Shown here piece after piece: positions 15,419 to 25,818 of a DNA stretch of 55,730 nucleotides. Under the pieces are notes generated by a model, which saw only the letters and a program-made list of their open reading frames with translations, was not told the DNA's origin and searched no databases. The first letter of the stretch is position 1. Each line of letters starts with the position of its first letter. The stretch is from an uncultured Planctomycetota bacterium. Its GTDB lineage: Bacteria; Planctomycetota; PUPC01. The DNA is taken from contig CAZDHT010000004.1 in assembly GCA_964505325.1 (NCBI GenBank), positions 1 through 55,730 of the forward strand, written 5' to 3'. The translations under genes and the position numbers were made by a program.

Positions 15419-17941
15419 CTACTTCGCCGCCGACAGGAACCCCGTCTCGAAGAGCTTCTTCACCTCGGCGTCGCTCAGCACGCGGCCGAAGAACATCACA
15501 TCGTCGATGGCACCGTCGAGGTACACCAGCCCGCCGCCCCAGCCGACGGGGGCGCAGAGCTGCAGCCGCGTGTAGATGTGCCGCAGGAACCGCGGTGTGA
15601 CCGCGGTCTTCAACTCGCCGTCGATGTACACCTTCGCCCCGTCCTTCACCTTGTTCTGGAACGTCAGCGCGACGTGGTGCCACTTGCCGTCTGCGATCTT
15701 CATGTTCGGGTCCGCGGCTTTCGAGCGCCAGCCGTTGCCACTGACCATCAGGCAGTTGCGATAGATGCGAAGCGTATAGGCATAGGTCTTGTTCAGGATG
15801 GTGCCACCGCCGCGCGGCCGGGGCTTGACCTTGACCCACAGGCACACGCTGCCATTGTCGGTGTTCAGCGGCGACTTCTGGTCGACCGACCTGTCATCGA
15901 GGTTCGTCCCGCCGGGATCCTTGGCGAACTTGGTCAGAACCGCGAAGTCGCGCTCGCGCCCGATGTAGAGCGCTTTCCCGTATCGACCGGGGACGCGGAC
16001 GGCCTTCGGGATGTTCACGTCGTGGTACGCCGTGCCGGTGATGCCCAGCGGGCCGAGGTCCTTCAACGCCGGCCCGTCGAGCGCGTCGAAGCTCCACCAC
16101 GCCGTCAGCCCGGGCAGGTGCTTCAGCTCGACCGTTCCCAAAGTCGCGTCCATCACGTTCCCGCTCTTCGACGCGTCCTTGATGCCCGAGATCGAAAGCG
16201 GCACCTTGCCGGGGCCGAGCGGCCGCAGCGTCTTGAGCCGCACGACCCGCCGATGGGGGCCGAGCTTTGCCTCGACGATCTTGTTCTTCCCCTCGAAGCC
16301 GTAGTTCTTCACGTCTTCCGCCGTCGCTTTGTCGACATCCTTGTTGAAGATGACGAGCACCGTGTTCGGGTCGTTGAACGCCAGGACCCGGGCGACCTCC
16401 GGCTTGGTCTTGTCGAGCCCGAAGAACGCGAACTCCGCGGTCGCCACGTCGCTGGGCTGGAAGCCCTCCAGGTACGACCGCACTTTGAGCGTGCTGCTCT
16501 TCTCCAGGGTGATCGGCCCCTTATACTCGGGCGACTTCTCGTTCGGCTCTACGCCGTCGAGCGTGTAACGATGCGTCACCCCGCCCCAGTGGCTCTTCAC
16601 GCTCACGGTCAACGAATCGTGGAAATCCCGCTGCTCGGGCAGGAGGATCGGCGTGACCACCTTCCCCATCGACGCCTTCATGTTCGCGATGATCTCCTTT
16701 TCGCCGAAGGCTTGGTTGTAGACGGCAAACTCATCCCGCCGCGTCAGGCTCCGACCGCCTTCATCGCGATGCTGGACGACGGAGAACGCGGCGTTGTCGG
16801 GCAGGGCGACGCTCCACGGCGCCCCGTACCACGGCTCATCGGGCGCCGGCTTCCCGTTCATCCGGACCGCGTCGTTCGCCTTCTTCCCGTCGATCCAGAT
16901 TTCCAGCCGCCGCGCTTCCATGTCCCAGACGACCGCGACGTGCTGCCAGCGCTCGGTCCAGGCGAACGGCGCCCGGACGCTGTACTTCCGCCCCTGCAGC
17001 GCCTGGTAAACGGCTTCGAGGTAGCCGGGCTTGCCCATGAACGCCTTGTAGCGCCGCAACCCGATGAAGCCGTCCGAGCCGGACTTCGCCTTCCAGTCCC
17101 GGCCGGTGGCGCGCTTGAGCCGTCGCGCGGCGACGGTCTGCGGCGTCCAGTTGCCGCCGAAGATGCCCTCGCCCGAGCCGCCGTGGCCGGACTTGGGGCC
17201 GAACTTCCACGTGTCGTCGTACTTCATCCGACGCGTCGCGTCCCAGTACCCCATCTCGCCGATCTTCTCCTCCTTGCGGATCCAACACGTGATGGTACCG
17301 CCGCGGTGGTCGACGCTGTTGAGCGGGTCGAACGCGGCCTTCGACTTCATGTCGCCGTTCGCGCCGCGGAAGCAGTTCCCCTTGACCCCGCCCGGCGCGA
17401 TCCACATCCCCTCGTCCCACATCTTCGCTCGGCCGGCGGCCTTGTCGGCGACGAGGTAGCTGGCGCGGTACGGCTCGCCGTCGCCACAGGAGTAATAGAA
17501 CAAGAGCCCGTTTTCGCCGACCGGCTTCTTGTCGAGCATCTTCTTGTCGCGGACGATCTGCGTCTTCAGGTTTTCGGGGAAATTGACCGGCTCCTTGATC
17601 GCCGCGGCCACGAGCTTCGGACGGATCGTCACCATCTCGCCCCACTTCGTGTTCGTGATCTTGAAGACGAGCAGCTTCGACTCGCCCGGCTTCAGCTCGA
17701 ACTCGTGCTGCTTCGGCTCGCAGGTCAGCCCGTCGGGCAGGTCGGGAAAGCCGAACGCCCCGCTGCACGCGGTCTTCGCCCCCGACAAGTGCACCAGGAA
17801 ATGCTGCGACTCGCCCGGCCGTAACGGAATCCGCGGCACGGGGTCCATATCCACATTCACCGCCAAAGCGCTCCCGCAGAACGCCAGACAAAGGATCAGG
17901 GCCCCAAGACAGACGCCGGTCAGGTTCCTTCGTTTGCTCAT
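15419..17941 (-). CDS. secreted multidomain LamG/concanavalin-like lectin protein with Ig-like and chitobiase/hexosaminidase-C-like modules
   Basis: Start at MSKRRNLTGVCLGALILCLAFCGSALA (signal peptide) inside track ORF 15419..18184. Two LamG-like segments (...WHHVALTF...IDG..., ...WQHVAVVWD...IDGK...) and YTLDG..P...S..Y..PI. Confidence 0.8.
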   Translation of the reverse strand: MSKRRNLTGVCLGALILCLAFCGSALAVNVDMDPVPRIPLRPGESQHFLVHLSGAKTACSGAFGFPDLPDGLTCEPKQHEFELKPGESKLLVFKITNTKWGEMVTIRPKLVAAAIKEPVNFPENLKTQIVRDKKMLDKKPVGENGLLFYYSCGDGEPYRASYLVADKAAGRAKMWDEGMWIAPGGVKGNCFRGANGDMKSKAAFDPLNSVDHRGGTITCWIRKEEKIGEMGYWDATRRMKYDDTWKFGPKSGHGGSGEGIFGGNWTPQTVAARRLKRATGRDWKAKSGSDGFIGLRRYKAFMGKPGYLEAVYQALQGRKYSVRAPFAWTERWQHVAVVWDMEARRLEIWIDGKKANDAVRMNGKPAPDEPWYGAPWSVALPDNAAFSVVQHRDEGGRSLTRRDEFAVYNQAFGEKEIIANMKASMGKVVTPILLPEQRDFHDSLTVSVKSHWGGVTHRYTLDGVEPNEKSPEYKGPITLEKSSTLKVRSYLEGFQPSDVATAEFAFFGLDKTKPEVARVLAFNDPNTVLVIFNKDVDKATAEDVKNYGFEGKNKIVEAKLGPHRRVVRLKTLRPLGPGKVPLSISGIKDASKSGNVMDATLGTVELKHLPGLTAWWSFDALDGPALKDLGPLGITGTAYHDVNIPKAVRVPGRYGKALYIGRERDFAVLTKFAKDPGGTNLDDRSVDQKSPLNTDNGSVCLWVKVKPRPRGGGTILNKTYAYTLRIYRNCLMVSGNGWRSKAADPNMKIADGKWHHVALTFQNKVKDGAKVYIDGELKTAVTPRFLRHIYTRLQLCAPVGWGGGLVYLDGAIDDVMFFGRVLSDAEVKKLFETGFLSAAK

Positions 17942-18114
17942 GACCACACCTTCCATATGCGCTGGATTCGCTGCGTGCTTTGCCGCTGGTAGCGATTGTA
18001 CGGCCGTGCGGCGTGCGGGACAACGCTGGCGTTGGCCAAGGCGGCCGCGACGCGGACAACGGGGACCATCCTCCGTCCGTTGCGGCGCGCCGCGGCTTGG
18101 CGGGCCGCCACCCG

Positions 18115-19458
18115 CTACCGTCCCTGCTTTCCACGGAAGAGGCCCGAATAGCCGGCCGGGGTTGCGAAGATGCCTCCGCCGCACTCGTAGTACTTCTCGT
18201 CAAGTTTAAAGGCGCCCTGCTGAGGCCGGAGCCAAGACGCCTCCGGAAGCGGGAACTCCGCAAGCAGCCGGGCCCAGTGGGCGTAGTTCTCCGGGCCGTT
18301 GGACTCCAGCAACTGACCGCGCAGGCCGGGGAAGGCCGGTAAGCGCGCGGCGACGTTCTTGTTCCACTCGACCATCACGGGCACGCAGGCGTTGTCGGCG
18401 ACGAAGCAGATCGCCCCGGCGTCGCGGGCGGCCTCGATCATCCGGAAGCTGCGCGACACCGTCTTGCCGGCGGTCTTGATGGCGATGGCTCCGTAGCCCT
18501 GCTCGACGCGCGTCCGCACGTCGTCGGCCGACTCCACGCTCTCGTCGCCTGCGAAGCAGGCGGGGAGCCCGTGCACCTCGGTCTCCTCCGGCCGGGCAAA
18601 CGGCTCCTCGACCAGGATGATGCGATCGAGGAAGCCGCGCTTCTCGCAGTGATCGAGAAGCCGGGCCATCGTATCCTTCCCGCCGTAGCGGCCGTTGGCA
18701 TCGAGGTAATAGAGGACCCGGCCCGAGTCGGTCATCTCGGTCTCATAGCCGCCGGCCAGCGCGTGAATGCGGCCCAGCCACTCGATGTCTTTTCTGAGCA
18801 TCTCGTCCTCGGCCCCCGGCCGGCCGATCTTGATCTTGAGGACGTGCACCCCCGCATCAAGAAGCGCGCGGAGCTTCTCCATCGGTAGCGTGTAGCCGAC
18901 GGCGGGCGCCAGGGAGACATTGCTTTGCCTTGACGAGAGTTGGCCGCGGAACTCATCGGGGATGAGCCGGTCGAAATCACTGATGCCGCGTTCCTGCGCG
19001 TGGAGCAGCCACACAGCGTAGTCCAGCGCCGAGAGCGCCACCAGCGTGAACGTCAGGCGAAGATCGGGCAGCCCGGTGATCCGGCACGCGTACTCGTGGA
19101 CGTCGCCGATGACGGCATCCTGGAGGGCCATCGGGTCGTCGAACGCCTCTCCGCGGACGCGCCGCAGCGCTTCCTCGAGCACGGCCAACTGAAGCGCGTT
19201 GCCGCCGGTCTCGGTGTGCTGCCGGAAGACACGTGCGTCGGACCACAGCACGGCCAGGCCGCCCACACCGATCGCCTCCCGGCCCGCGTCGTCGACCAGC
19301 CGCACGACCGGGCACCACTTCTCGTGGAACGCCGACCCCTTGAACCCGAACGGCCGTGCGAACGGCTCGCGCCGAAGCTCCAGATCGGTCTGGCGGATGC
19401 CAAGACGCAGCGGGGACGATTCGCCTGAGTATCGCACTTTCGAGACCGACGAGTTCAC
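18115..19458 (-). CDS. enolase-superfamily enzyme (mandelate racemase/muconate-lactonizing/dipeptide-epimerase-like)
   Basis: LKIKIG (KxK), YLDANG, LVEEP and AGDES metal/catalytic positions occur in the expected order. Confidence 0.75.
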   Translation of the reverse strand: MNSSVSKVRYSGESSPLRLGIRQTDLELRREPFARPFGFKGSAFHEKWCPVVRLVDDAGREAIGVGGLAVLWSDARVFRQHTETGGNALQLAVLEEALRRVRGEAFDDPMALQDAVIGDVHEYACRITGLPDLRLTFTLVALSALDYAVWLLHAQERGISDFDRLIPDEFRGQLSSRQSNVSLAPAVGYTLPMEKLRALLDAGVHVLKIKIGRPGAEDEMLRKDIEWLGRIHALAGGYETEMTDSGRVLYYLDANGRYGGKDTMARLLDHCEKRGFLDRIILVEEPFARPEETEVHGLPACFAGDESVESADDVRTRVEQGYGAIAIKTAGKTVSRSFRMIEAARDAGAICFVADNACVPVMVEWNKNVAARLPAFPGLRGQLLESNGPENYAHWARLLAEFPLPEASWLRPQQGAFKLDEKYYECGGGIFATPAGYSGLFRGKQGR

Positions 19459-19491
19459 GAGTAAACTGTCAGGGTGCCGCGCGGCCGCCTG

Positions 19492-21162
19492 TCACTTCTC
19501 TGCCAGCTGCGGCTGCAGGGTCGGCTCGTTGGCGAAGCGGGTGACCGCGAAGGTGAGCTTGCCGGTGGCGCCGGGCGCCAAGGTGACCTTTAAGCGGCGG
19601 TCATCGACCTTCACCGCGGCGCCATCGTTTACCTTCACGCTCTTCCACTGATGCTGGCCGTACCACCCGGCGGTGATGATCATTGACGTGTCGGCCTTCG
19701 CACGATTGTGCAGCAGGACGACGACCTCGTCCTTGGCGACCTTCCTGACGAGCGCGGCGACGTCCATCGGCAGGCCGACCTCGCCGTCGCCGGTGAAGTA
19801 GCGGACGCTGCCCGCGACCGGTCCGCCGCACCGGCCGTTGTCGTACCGGCCCCACCACGAGCCGATGACGTATTCCATCCCGGACACGTACGGCGTGAAC
19901 TGCTCGCGGACGTCGTCGCCGGTCCGCGGCGCCGCCTTCTTGCGGTACTCCGCCGCCTTCCCGTTCAGCCGCGCGGCCCGGTTGCGGAAGTGCATCGCCA
20001 CCTGGTCGAGTCCCCCGCCGCCGAAGTAGTAGAAGTCCGAGTACTGCATGAAGTGGCGCTCGGTGCGGGCGTCCTCGGACTTGGCCGTGGCGGCGATGTA
20101 CCTCTTGAACAGCTCGCCGAGCTCGGGATCGAACGTCAGCGCGTAGGTGTTGTCCATCAGCCGCGGCACAGCCCAGTTGCCGCGCTTGCCGCGCAGAAAG
20201 TCCTTGCCGTCGTGGGATCCCGCCGGCAGGCCGTCCTGTCCCTTGGCGAAGAGCACCTTCAGCATGCTCTTCATGCCGGCGCAGTGTTTCGGGTCGCCCT
20301 TGTCGAGCAGGCACAGCGTGGCGGGCAGCGAGTGGAGCGACCGCATGCCGGCGATGATGCCGTACTTGCCGTAGCCGAACCCGCCCCACGGCGGCATGTG
20401 CCACGTCTTGGCGAGCTTCCGCGTACCCGGCGGGACATAGTAGGGGAACGCGCCGCCGTTGCCCGCCGCGAGCTCGTTCCAGCTTGTGCCGTATTCGATG
20501 GCCCACTTCTTGTATTTCTCGTCGCCGGTGGTCAGGTAGGCGTGGAAGGCGGCGGTCAGCCAGATCGTGTTGAGCGCCACCTCGCCGGGGTGCCGGTCGA
20601 GTCTTCCGCGAAGGTGATACGAATTGCGCATCAGGCGGGTCTTCGGGTCCCAGACCTCGTTCATGATGAAGTCGAGGCAGCGCTTGTTGTCGGCGATGAG
20701 CTTCTTGTTCGTCGGGGCGAGCTCGAGGGCGCCCCACAGGAGCTGGAACAGTTCGGAATAATGCTCGGCGTCGAACCCGCCCGTGCACCAGAACGGGTTA
20801 CGGCCGGGCATCCGGCGCTCCTGAAAGATGACGTTCCACAGCTTGACGTAGGCCTTCTGCACGCGCGGATCGCAGCGGTTGAGGAGGTAGAGGTCCCAGA
20901 TGGCGATGCCCTCGGCCCAGTCGTCGTCGCAGCCACCGCTGACGGTGAGCTGCTTGACCGGAGGGATGTCGATCTTGCCCTCGATCAACTTGTCGATCAA
21001 GGTGTGATAGCACTTCGACGAAGCATCGAGCATCGCCAACTCATTGACGGCCCACTTCGGCGCGGCTTCGTCCCCCGCCGATACCCTCACCCCCACCTCG
21101 CCGGCCGATCCAAGAGCACACACCAGCACGAACAGCAACACCAGGGCAATGCGGTGCCTCAT
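19492..21162 (-). CDS. secreted hypothetical protein (possibly alpha/alpha-toroid glycoside-hydrolase-like)
   Basis: 556-aa ORF with a clean signal peptide (MRHRIALVLLFVLVCALGSAG) and normal, non-shadow composition. Family not recognised. Confidence 0.6.
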   Translation of the reverse strand: MRHRIALVLLFVLVCALGSAGEVGVRVSAGDEAAPKWAVNELAMLDASSKCYHTLIDKLIEGKIDIPPVKQLTVSGGCDDDWAEGIAIWDLYLLNRCDPRVQKAYVKLWNVIFQERRMPGRNPFWCTGGFDAEHYSELFQLLWGALELAPTNKKLIADNKRCLDFIMNEVWDPKTRLMRNSYHLRGRLDRHPGEVALNTIWLTAAFHAYLTTGDEKYKKWAIEYGTSWNELAAGNGGAFPYYVPPGTRKLAKTWHMPPWGGFGYGKYGIIAGMRSLHSLPATLCLLDKGDPKHCAGMKSMLKVLFAKGQDGLPAGSHDGKDFLRGKRGNWAVPRLMDNTYALTFDPELGELFKRYIAATAKSEDARTERHFMQYSDFYYFGGGGLDQVAMHFRNRAARLNGKAAEYRKKAAPRTGDDVREQFTPYVSGMEYVIGSWWGRYDNGRCGGPVAGSVRYFTGDGEVGLPMDVAALVRKVAKDEVVVLLHNRAKADTSMIITAGWYGQHQWKSVKVNDGAAVKVDDRRLKVTLAPGATGKLTFAVTRFANEPTLQPQLAEK

Positions 21163-21165
21163 CGG

Positions 21166-21600
21166 TCATCCCTCCCAAGCTTCTCTTGAGGGTCTCCGCG
21201 ACCGCAGCTTCTTGACCCGGCTGCGTCGCTTCTTGGCTTCGAGTCGCCGCTCCACGACGGCCCGCGGAATTCTCGTCTTCTTTCGGACCGGCTTCCGTTT
21301 CAGCGCGTCGCGGAGCAACTCGCCGAAACGCTCAGTCACGGCGTTCCGGTTCGCGGCCTGCGTCCGGTGCCGGTGCGAGGTGAGGACCAGCACCCCGCCC
21401 TTGGTGATCCGCGTCTTGAGCCGGGACATGATACGGCCCCGCTGCCAGTCGCTCAGGCTCGGTGAGCGGGCCACGTCGAACCGAAGCATCACCTGCGTGT
21501 TGACCTTGTTGACGTTCTGTCCGCCGGGCCCCCCGCTCCGGGACGCGGCGAACGACAGCTCCTCCTCGGGAATTCGCAACCGGCCGTTGATCTCGATCAC
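21166..21600 (-). CDS. arfB: alternative ribosome-rescue factor ArfB (peptidyl-tRNA hydrolase, GGQ)
   Basis: RSGGPGGQNVNKV GGQ motif and a basic C-terminal tail. The GTG at 21600 (VIEINGRL) with GGAG upstream is preferred over the long track ORF to 21840. Confidence 0.85.
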   Translation of the reverse strand: MIEINGRLRIPEEELSFAASRSGGPGGQNVNKVNTQVMLRFDVARSPSLSDWQRGRIMSRLKTRITKGGVLVLTSHRHRTQAANRNAVTERFGELLRDALKRKPVRKKTRIPRAVVERRLEAKKRRSRVKKLRSRRPSREAWEG

Positions 21601-21685
21601 GTCCGTCTCCCTGCCCGCCGATTCTATACTTATAACACATTCCGGTTGTGCATCCCACTGATTTCGGCTACACTCCCCCGCTGGG

Positions 21686-24139
21686 GTGCGTTCGCTGGAG
21701 GTGCTCGTGGACCGACCGTGTTGGGTCGCCATTCTTTCCCTTGCTGCACTGGCGCCGGGCTGCGCCGCGGAGGGACCCGTGACGAAGAGAAGAGAGCCAC
21801 CGTTCTGGGAGTTGTCGCCACAGCAGCATCCGCCGACCACGAAGCGGAAGCTGACCGTCTACCCGAGGCATCCGCGCCTCGTCTTCCGCCCGAAAGACAA
21901 CCCCGGCCTCGGCCTCACGTTCGAGGAGCGGCGGACGCTCTACAAGACGGACCCCACGTTCAAGGCCATCTTCGACAAGGCGCTCCAGGTCAAGCTCGAC
22001 CGGCAGCACCCCGCCATGCTCGCCGCGGTGTGGATCGTGACCGGCGACGACCGCTACGCCAACGCGGCCATCGACACAATGCTCGCGCGGAAGCTCGGCA
22101 AGAGCGGCGAGCCGTACTACACCAGGGTCTGGTCCTACGCTCTCGCCTACGACTGGCTCCACCACCATCCCGCGTTCACGGAGAGCAAGAAGAAGAAGGT
22201 CGTCGCTCGGATCATCGAACGCATCAAGACGGAGCTGGACGACCTCGACGACGAGGGAATGGCGGTGTGGCACGGCCGCAACCAAGCGGCAAACGGCGTG
22301 ATGATTGCGGCGCTCGGCGTCGCCGAGCACCTGGACGCGAAGACCCTCCGCCGCGCCACGGCGCACTACATCGACGCCCTCCGGGCCCTCCAATACTCCG
22401 AGGGCTGGCCCGAGGGCGCCAGCTACTGGATCTACAATCGCGCCGGGCCGTATCCGCTCGCGGCCGACTGCGTGATGACGGCGACCGGGCTCGAGACGAT
22501 CGACGGCATCCCGATACGTGAGGTAATGCGCAAGATCGGCCTATGGCAAATCTACCAGTACGCGCCCAACGGGACGTTCGAGCCGTACGGCGATTCGTCC
22601 GGCTCGCTGCGGCTGGGCCACACCGGCTGGTGGTTGCTGACCGCCGATCACTACGCGCGGCTTTCGCGCGACCCGGCGCTGATGGCGGGAGCCGACTACT
22701 TCCGCAACCGCTCGCCGCACCCCTACGGTCGGCGGCCGTACTACTGGCACGTCGCCTTCACGTACGATCCCGGGATGCGGCCGAAGAAGGGCTACGACCC
22801 CGCGACGCCCGAGCGGTGGATGCGGAAGCACATGCCGCAGGCGATGTTGTTCGGGCGGGACTCGATGGGCGTCGCCTTCTTCCGCGGCAGGTGGGGCGAC
22901 CCGAACGAGGTCTACGCCAGCTTCAAGGCCGGCGACTTCATGGCCCACCACGACCACTACGACGCCGGCCACTTCAGCATCCAGGCGTTCGGCGGCCTGC
23001 TCGCACCGCAAACCGGGCTCTACAGCGTCGGCTATTGGAGCGACCACCGGCTTGGCTACACCGTCCAGACCGTGTCCGCCAACAGCCTGCTCGTGATGGC
23101 GCCGGGCGAGACCGCCGCCAACCTGCGCCACCGCCGCCGCGACAAGAAGCCCGTCTGGAAGTGGCTGTCCGGCGGGCAGCGGGTGATCCGACCGACCGGG
23201 TTCAACTGCTGCAGCGTAAAGCACTACGTCGAGCAGCTCAACGCCGGGCCGCACCTCGAGCGGGCCACTATCACCGCCTTCGAAAGCGTACCGGGCGAAT
23301 ACGACTACATCGCCGCCGACATTACCGCCGCGTACAACTCGACCCGGTGGGCCGAGCCCGCCACCGTTGCCAAGGTCTCGCTCGTCACGAGGCAGTTCCT
23401 CTACCTCCGCGACGCGAAGGCGTTCGTTATCTACGACCGGATCAACACGACCGACAAGAAGTACGTGCCGAAGTTCGTGCTGCATCACCTCGGCAAGCCG
23501 CTAACCCTGACGGAACGCCTGGTGGCGGGCAAGGAGCTTCGCAACGGCATCGTGGAGACCGACGAGCGCGGGCTGGTCACGAGGCACAAGGGCGGGCTGC
23601 TGGCCCACCACGTTCTGTCGCCGGACAAGGCCCGCGTGCTCAAGATCGGCGGACCGGACTACTATTGCTACGTCGAGAAAGACGGCGATCAAGCCAACGG
23701 CTTCAACGGCGTCAACCTGGGCCTGGGCCGCAAGGCGTATGACAAGGAGCGCAAGACCGCCCAGCTCGGCCGATGGCGGACCGAGGTCGAGCCGGCCGAC
23801 CCGACGACGACAACGCGGTTCCTCAACGTGCTGTTCGTCCTTTCTGCGGAGGGGAAGCCGCCCGGCGGCCCCAAAGCGGCCTACAAGACCGGGCGCGAGG
23901 GCCCGGTCGAGATTCTTACCGTCGGAGACACAGTCGTGTGTGTAGCACGCGAACCGAAACCGGTCACGGAAATGACCCTTCAAGAGGTCGTCCTGGGCCG
24001 ACAGTTGCTTCTCCTCGACGCCGTCCCGGGTGGGACGTACCAGGTCGGTCGTCGCAAGGTCACCGCAAGTCGGGAGGGGGTGTTACAGGCCGGCCTGCCG
24101 GGGACTGGCCCGCACCGCATCCACCTCGTCAAGGACTAG
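21686..24139 (+). CDS. heparinase II/III-like (alginate-lyase-fold) polysaccharide lyase, probable lipoprotein
   Basis: 817-aa ORF with HHDHYDAGHFSIQAFGG typical of the Heparinase II/III family and N-terminal LSLAALAPGCA. The GTG at 21707 (GGAGG 5 nt upstream) is an equally good start. Confidence 0.8.
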   Translation: MRSLEVLVDRPCWVAILSLAALAPGCAAEGPVTKRREPPFWELSPQQHPPTTKRKLTVYPRHPRLVFRPKDNPGLGLTFEERRTLYKTDPTFKAIFDKALQVKLDRQHPAMLAAVWIVTGDDRYANAAIDTMLARKLGKSGEPYYTRVWSYALAYDWLHHHPAFTESKKKKVVARIIERIKTELDDLDDEGMAVWHGRNQAANGVMIAALGVAEHLDAKTLRRATAHYIDALRALQYSEGWPEGASYWIYNRAGPYPLAADCVMTATGLETIDGIPIREVMRKIGLWQIYQYAPNGTFEPYGDSSGSLRLGHTGWWLLTADHYARLSRDPALMAGADYFRNRSPHPYGRRPYYWHVAFTYDPGMRPKKGYDPATPERWMRKHMPQAMLFGRDSMGVAFFRGRWGDPNEVYASFKAGDFMAHHDHYDAGHFSIQAFGGLLAPQTGLYSVGYWSDHRLGYTVQTVSANSLLVMAPGETAANLRHRRRDKKPVWKWLSGGQRVIRPTGFNCCSVKHYVEQLNAGPHLERATITAFESVPGEYDYIAADITAAYNSTRWAEPATVAKVSLVTRQFLYLRDAKAFVIYDRINTTDKKYVPKFVLHHLGKPLTLTERLVAGKELRNGIVETDERGLVTRHKGGLLAHHVLSPDKARVLKIGGPDYYCYVEKDGDQANGFNGVNLGLGRKAYDKERKTAQLGRWRTEVEPADPTTTTRFLNVLFVLSAEGKPPGGPKAAYKTGREGPVEILTVGDTVVCVAREPKPVTEMTLQEVVLGRQLLLLDAVPGGTYQVGRRKVTASREGVLQAGLPGTGPHRIHLVKD

Positions 24140-24192
24140 CAGCGCCGTGTCGCTGCGCCCACGAAGAACGGCGCCGCCGGCGGCGCGCGGCA

Positions 24193-24226
24193 GTTTCATA
24201 GTTCATGAATTCATGAACTATGAAAC
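24193..24226. repeat. 34-bp perfect AT-rich palindrome
   Basis: GTTTCATAGTTCATGAATTCATGAACTATGAAAC, in the intergenic region between the lyase gene and tilS. Confidence 0.95.
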
Positions 24227-24331
24227 AACCCGGACGCCGGAGCGGCCGGTTGCGCCTCAGCGTCGGATCAGGGCACCTGTCACCTCGTCCACCCCGACAA
24301 GAATCAGCAGTTCAGCGGTCGCCGGGCTCGC

Positions 24332-24360
24332 TTGACTGCCGATAGGCTTCGCGCGAGAAT
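24332..24360 (+). promoter_or_regulatory. sigma-70-type promoter candidate for tilS
   Basis: TTGACT, 17 nt, GAGAAT, about 30 nt upstream of the tilS ATG. Confidence 0.4.
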
Positions 24361-24390
24361 GTCGTCCAGAACACTGCCGGCGGGCAAGGA

Positions 24391-25818
24391 ATGTCGCTCT
24401 ACTCCGAGGTGCTTAAGCTGATCCGGCGGCACAAGCTGCTGGCGGGAGCCCGGGCGGCCGTCGTCGGGCTGTCGGGCGGGCCGGACTCCGTTTGCCTGCT
24501 CGACCTGCTCGCGTGGATGGGCGAGCGGGGCGATATCGAGGTGGTACTGCACGCGGCGCACCTCAATCACGGCCTCCGCGGCGAAGAAGCCGACAAGGAC
24601 GAACGCTTCGCCCACGAGCTGGCCGAGTCATGCGGCCTGCCCATCACGGTGGCCCGGCGCGACGTGCAAGCGGCGCGCACGAGCCACGGCGGCTCACTCG
24701 AAGAGGCGGCCCGGAGGGAACGCTATGCGTTCCTCACCTCGGTGGCCGAAGCTGCCGGGGCGGAGGTGGTCACCGTCGGGCACAACGCCGACGACCAGAT
24801 CGAGACCGTACTACACCGCATCATCCGCGGCGCGGGGCTCAAGGGACTGCGCGGCATTCCACTGACACGCGCCATCCAAGAGGGCTCATCCGTCCGGTTG
24901 GTCCGGCCCCTGCTCCAGTCTCGCCGTTCACAAATCCTGGAACACCTCCGCGAGCGGGGGCTCTCGTTCCGTGAAGACTCATCGAACCGGGACACCATGT
25001 TCACCCGCAACCGCATCCGGAACGAACTGCTGCCGCTGATCGAATCGGAGCATAACCCGGCGTTCGGCGAGTCGCTGCAGCGGCTGTCGCGGTCGGCGTC
25101 CGACGCATACGACCTGCTGTTGGAGATCGCTCGCGCAGGGGCGGAGCGGTGCCTGTCAGGTGCAACGATTGACATCCACGAGTTCGGGCTCCTGCACCAC
25201 GCGGTGCAGCCACTCGTGATCGACAGCGCGGCAAAGTCGGCAACGACCGGCCTCCCACAGTTCGACGCGAAACACTACGAGACGGTGATCGAACTCGCGT
25301 CGAACGGTGAGCCAGGCGCGCACCTCGACTTGCCGGGCGGGATTGTGGCCACGCGGACGAGACACGGGGTAGAGTTCGCGAAGCGCCGGCCGCGCAGGCC
25401 TGCGCCGCGGGTCGAAGCGGTACTGAAGGTTCCGGGCGAGACTGTGGTGCCGGCAGCCGGACTAACGGTGAAGGCTGAGTTGCTCAACCGGGCTGATCTC
25501 GACCTGGATGCTTTTTTGGCGGCGAAAACACGCTATGATGAAGTGTTCGATTTCGATGCGATTGTGGGCCCGCTGGTGCTGCGATCGAGGCGGGACGGCG
25601 ATGCGTTTCGACCGCTCGGCGCCGGTGGCCGCAAGAAGGTGGGCGATTTCCTGACGGACCTGAAGGCGCCCGTTGGGGAGCGGGAGCGGGCCCTTATCAT
25701 CGCGGTCGGCGAAGAGCCGGTGTGGGTCGTCGGCTACCGAATCGACGACCGCGTAAGAATCACGGAGGAAACAAGGCGAGTGGTGAGACTATCGGTGGAG
25801 GAGGAGAGGAAGACCTGA
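24391..25818 (+). CDS. tilS: tRNA(Ile)-lysidine synthase
   Basis: PP-loop SGGPDSVCLL, HLNHGLRG and TilS-like length and C-terminal domain. Confidence 0.9.
   Translation: MSLYSEVLKLIRRHKLLAGARAAVVGLSGGPDSVCLLDLLAWMGERGDIEVVLHAAHLNHGLRGEEADKDERFAHELAESCGLPITVARRDVQAARTSHGGSLEEAARRERYAFLTSVAEAAGAEVVTVGHNADDQIETVLHRIIRGAGLKGLRGIPLTRAIQEGSSVRLVRPLLQSRRSQILEHLRERGLSFREDSSNRDTMFTRNRIRNELLPLIESEHNPAFGESLQRLSRSASDAYDLLLEIARAGAERCLSGATIDIHEFGLLHHAVQPLVIDSAAKSATTGLPQFDAKHYETVIELASNGEPGAHLDLPGGIVATRTRHGVEFAKRRPRRPAPRVEAVLKVPGETVVPAAGLTVKAELLNRADLDLDAFLAAKTRYDEVFDFDAIVGPLVLRSRRDGDAFRPLGAGGRKKVGDFLTDLKAPVGERERALIIAVGEEPVWVVGYRIDDRVRITEETRRVVRLSVEEERKT

Noticed and set aside
15266-17824. 852-aa plus-strand ORF, plus similar long ORFs at 151-1698, 8158-10074, 9974-11164, 30715-32739, 36018-37427, 44598-46211 and 54694-55638
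   Set aside because: All are antisense or out of frame to genes with clear homology, have low-complexity Arg/Pro/Gly/Ala-rich composition, and lack SD sites or motifs.
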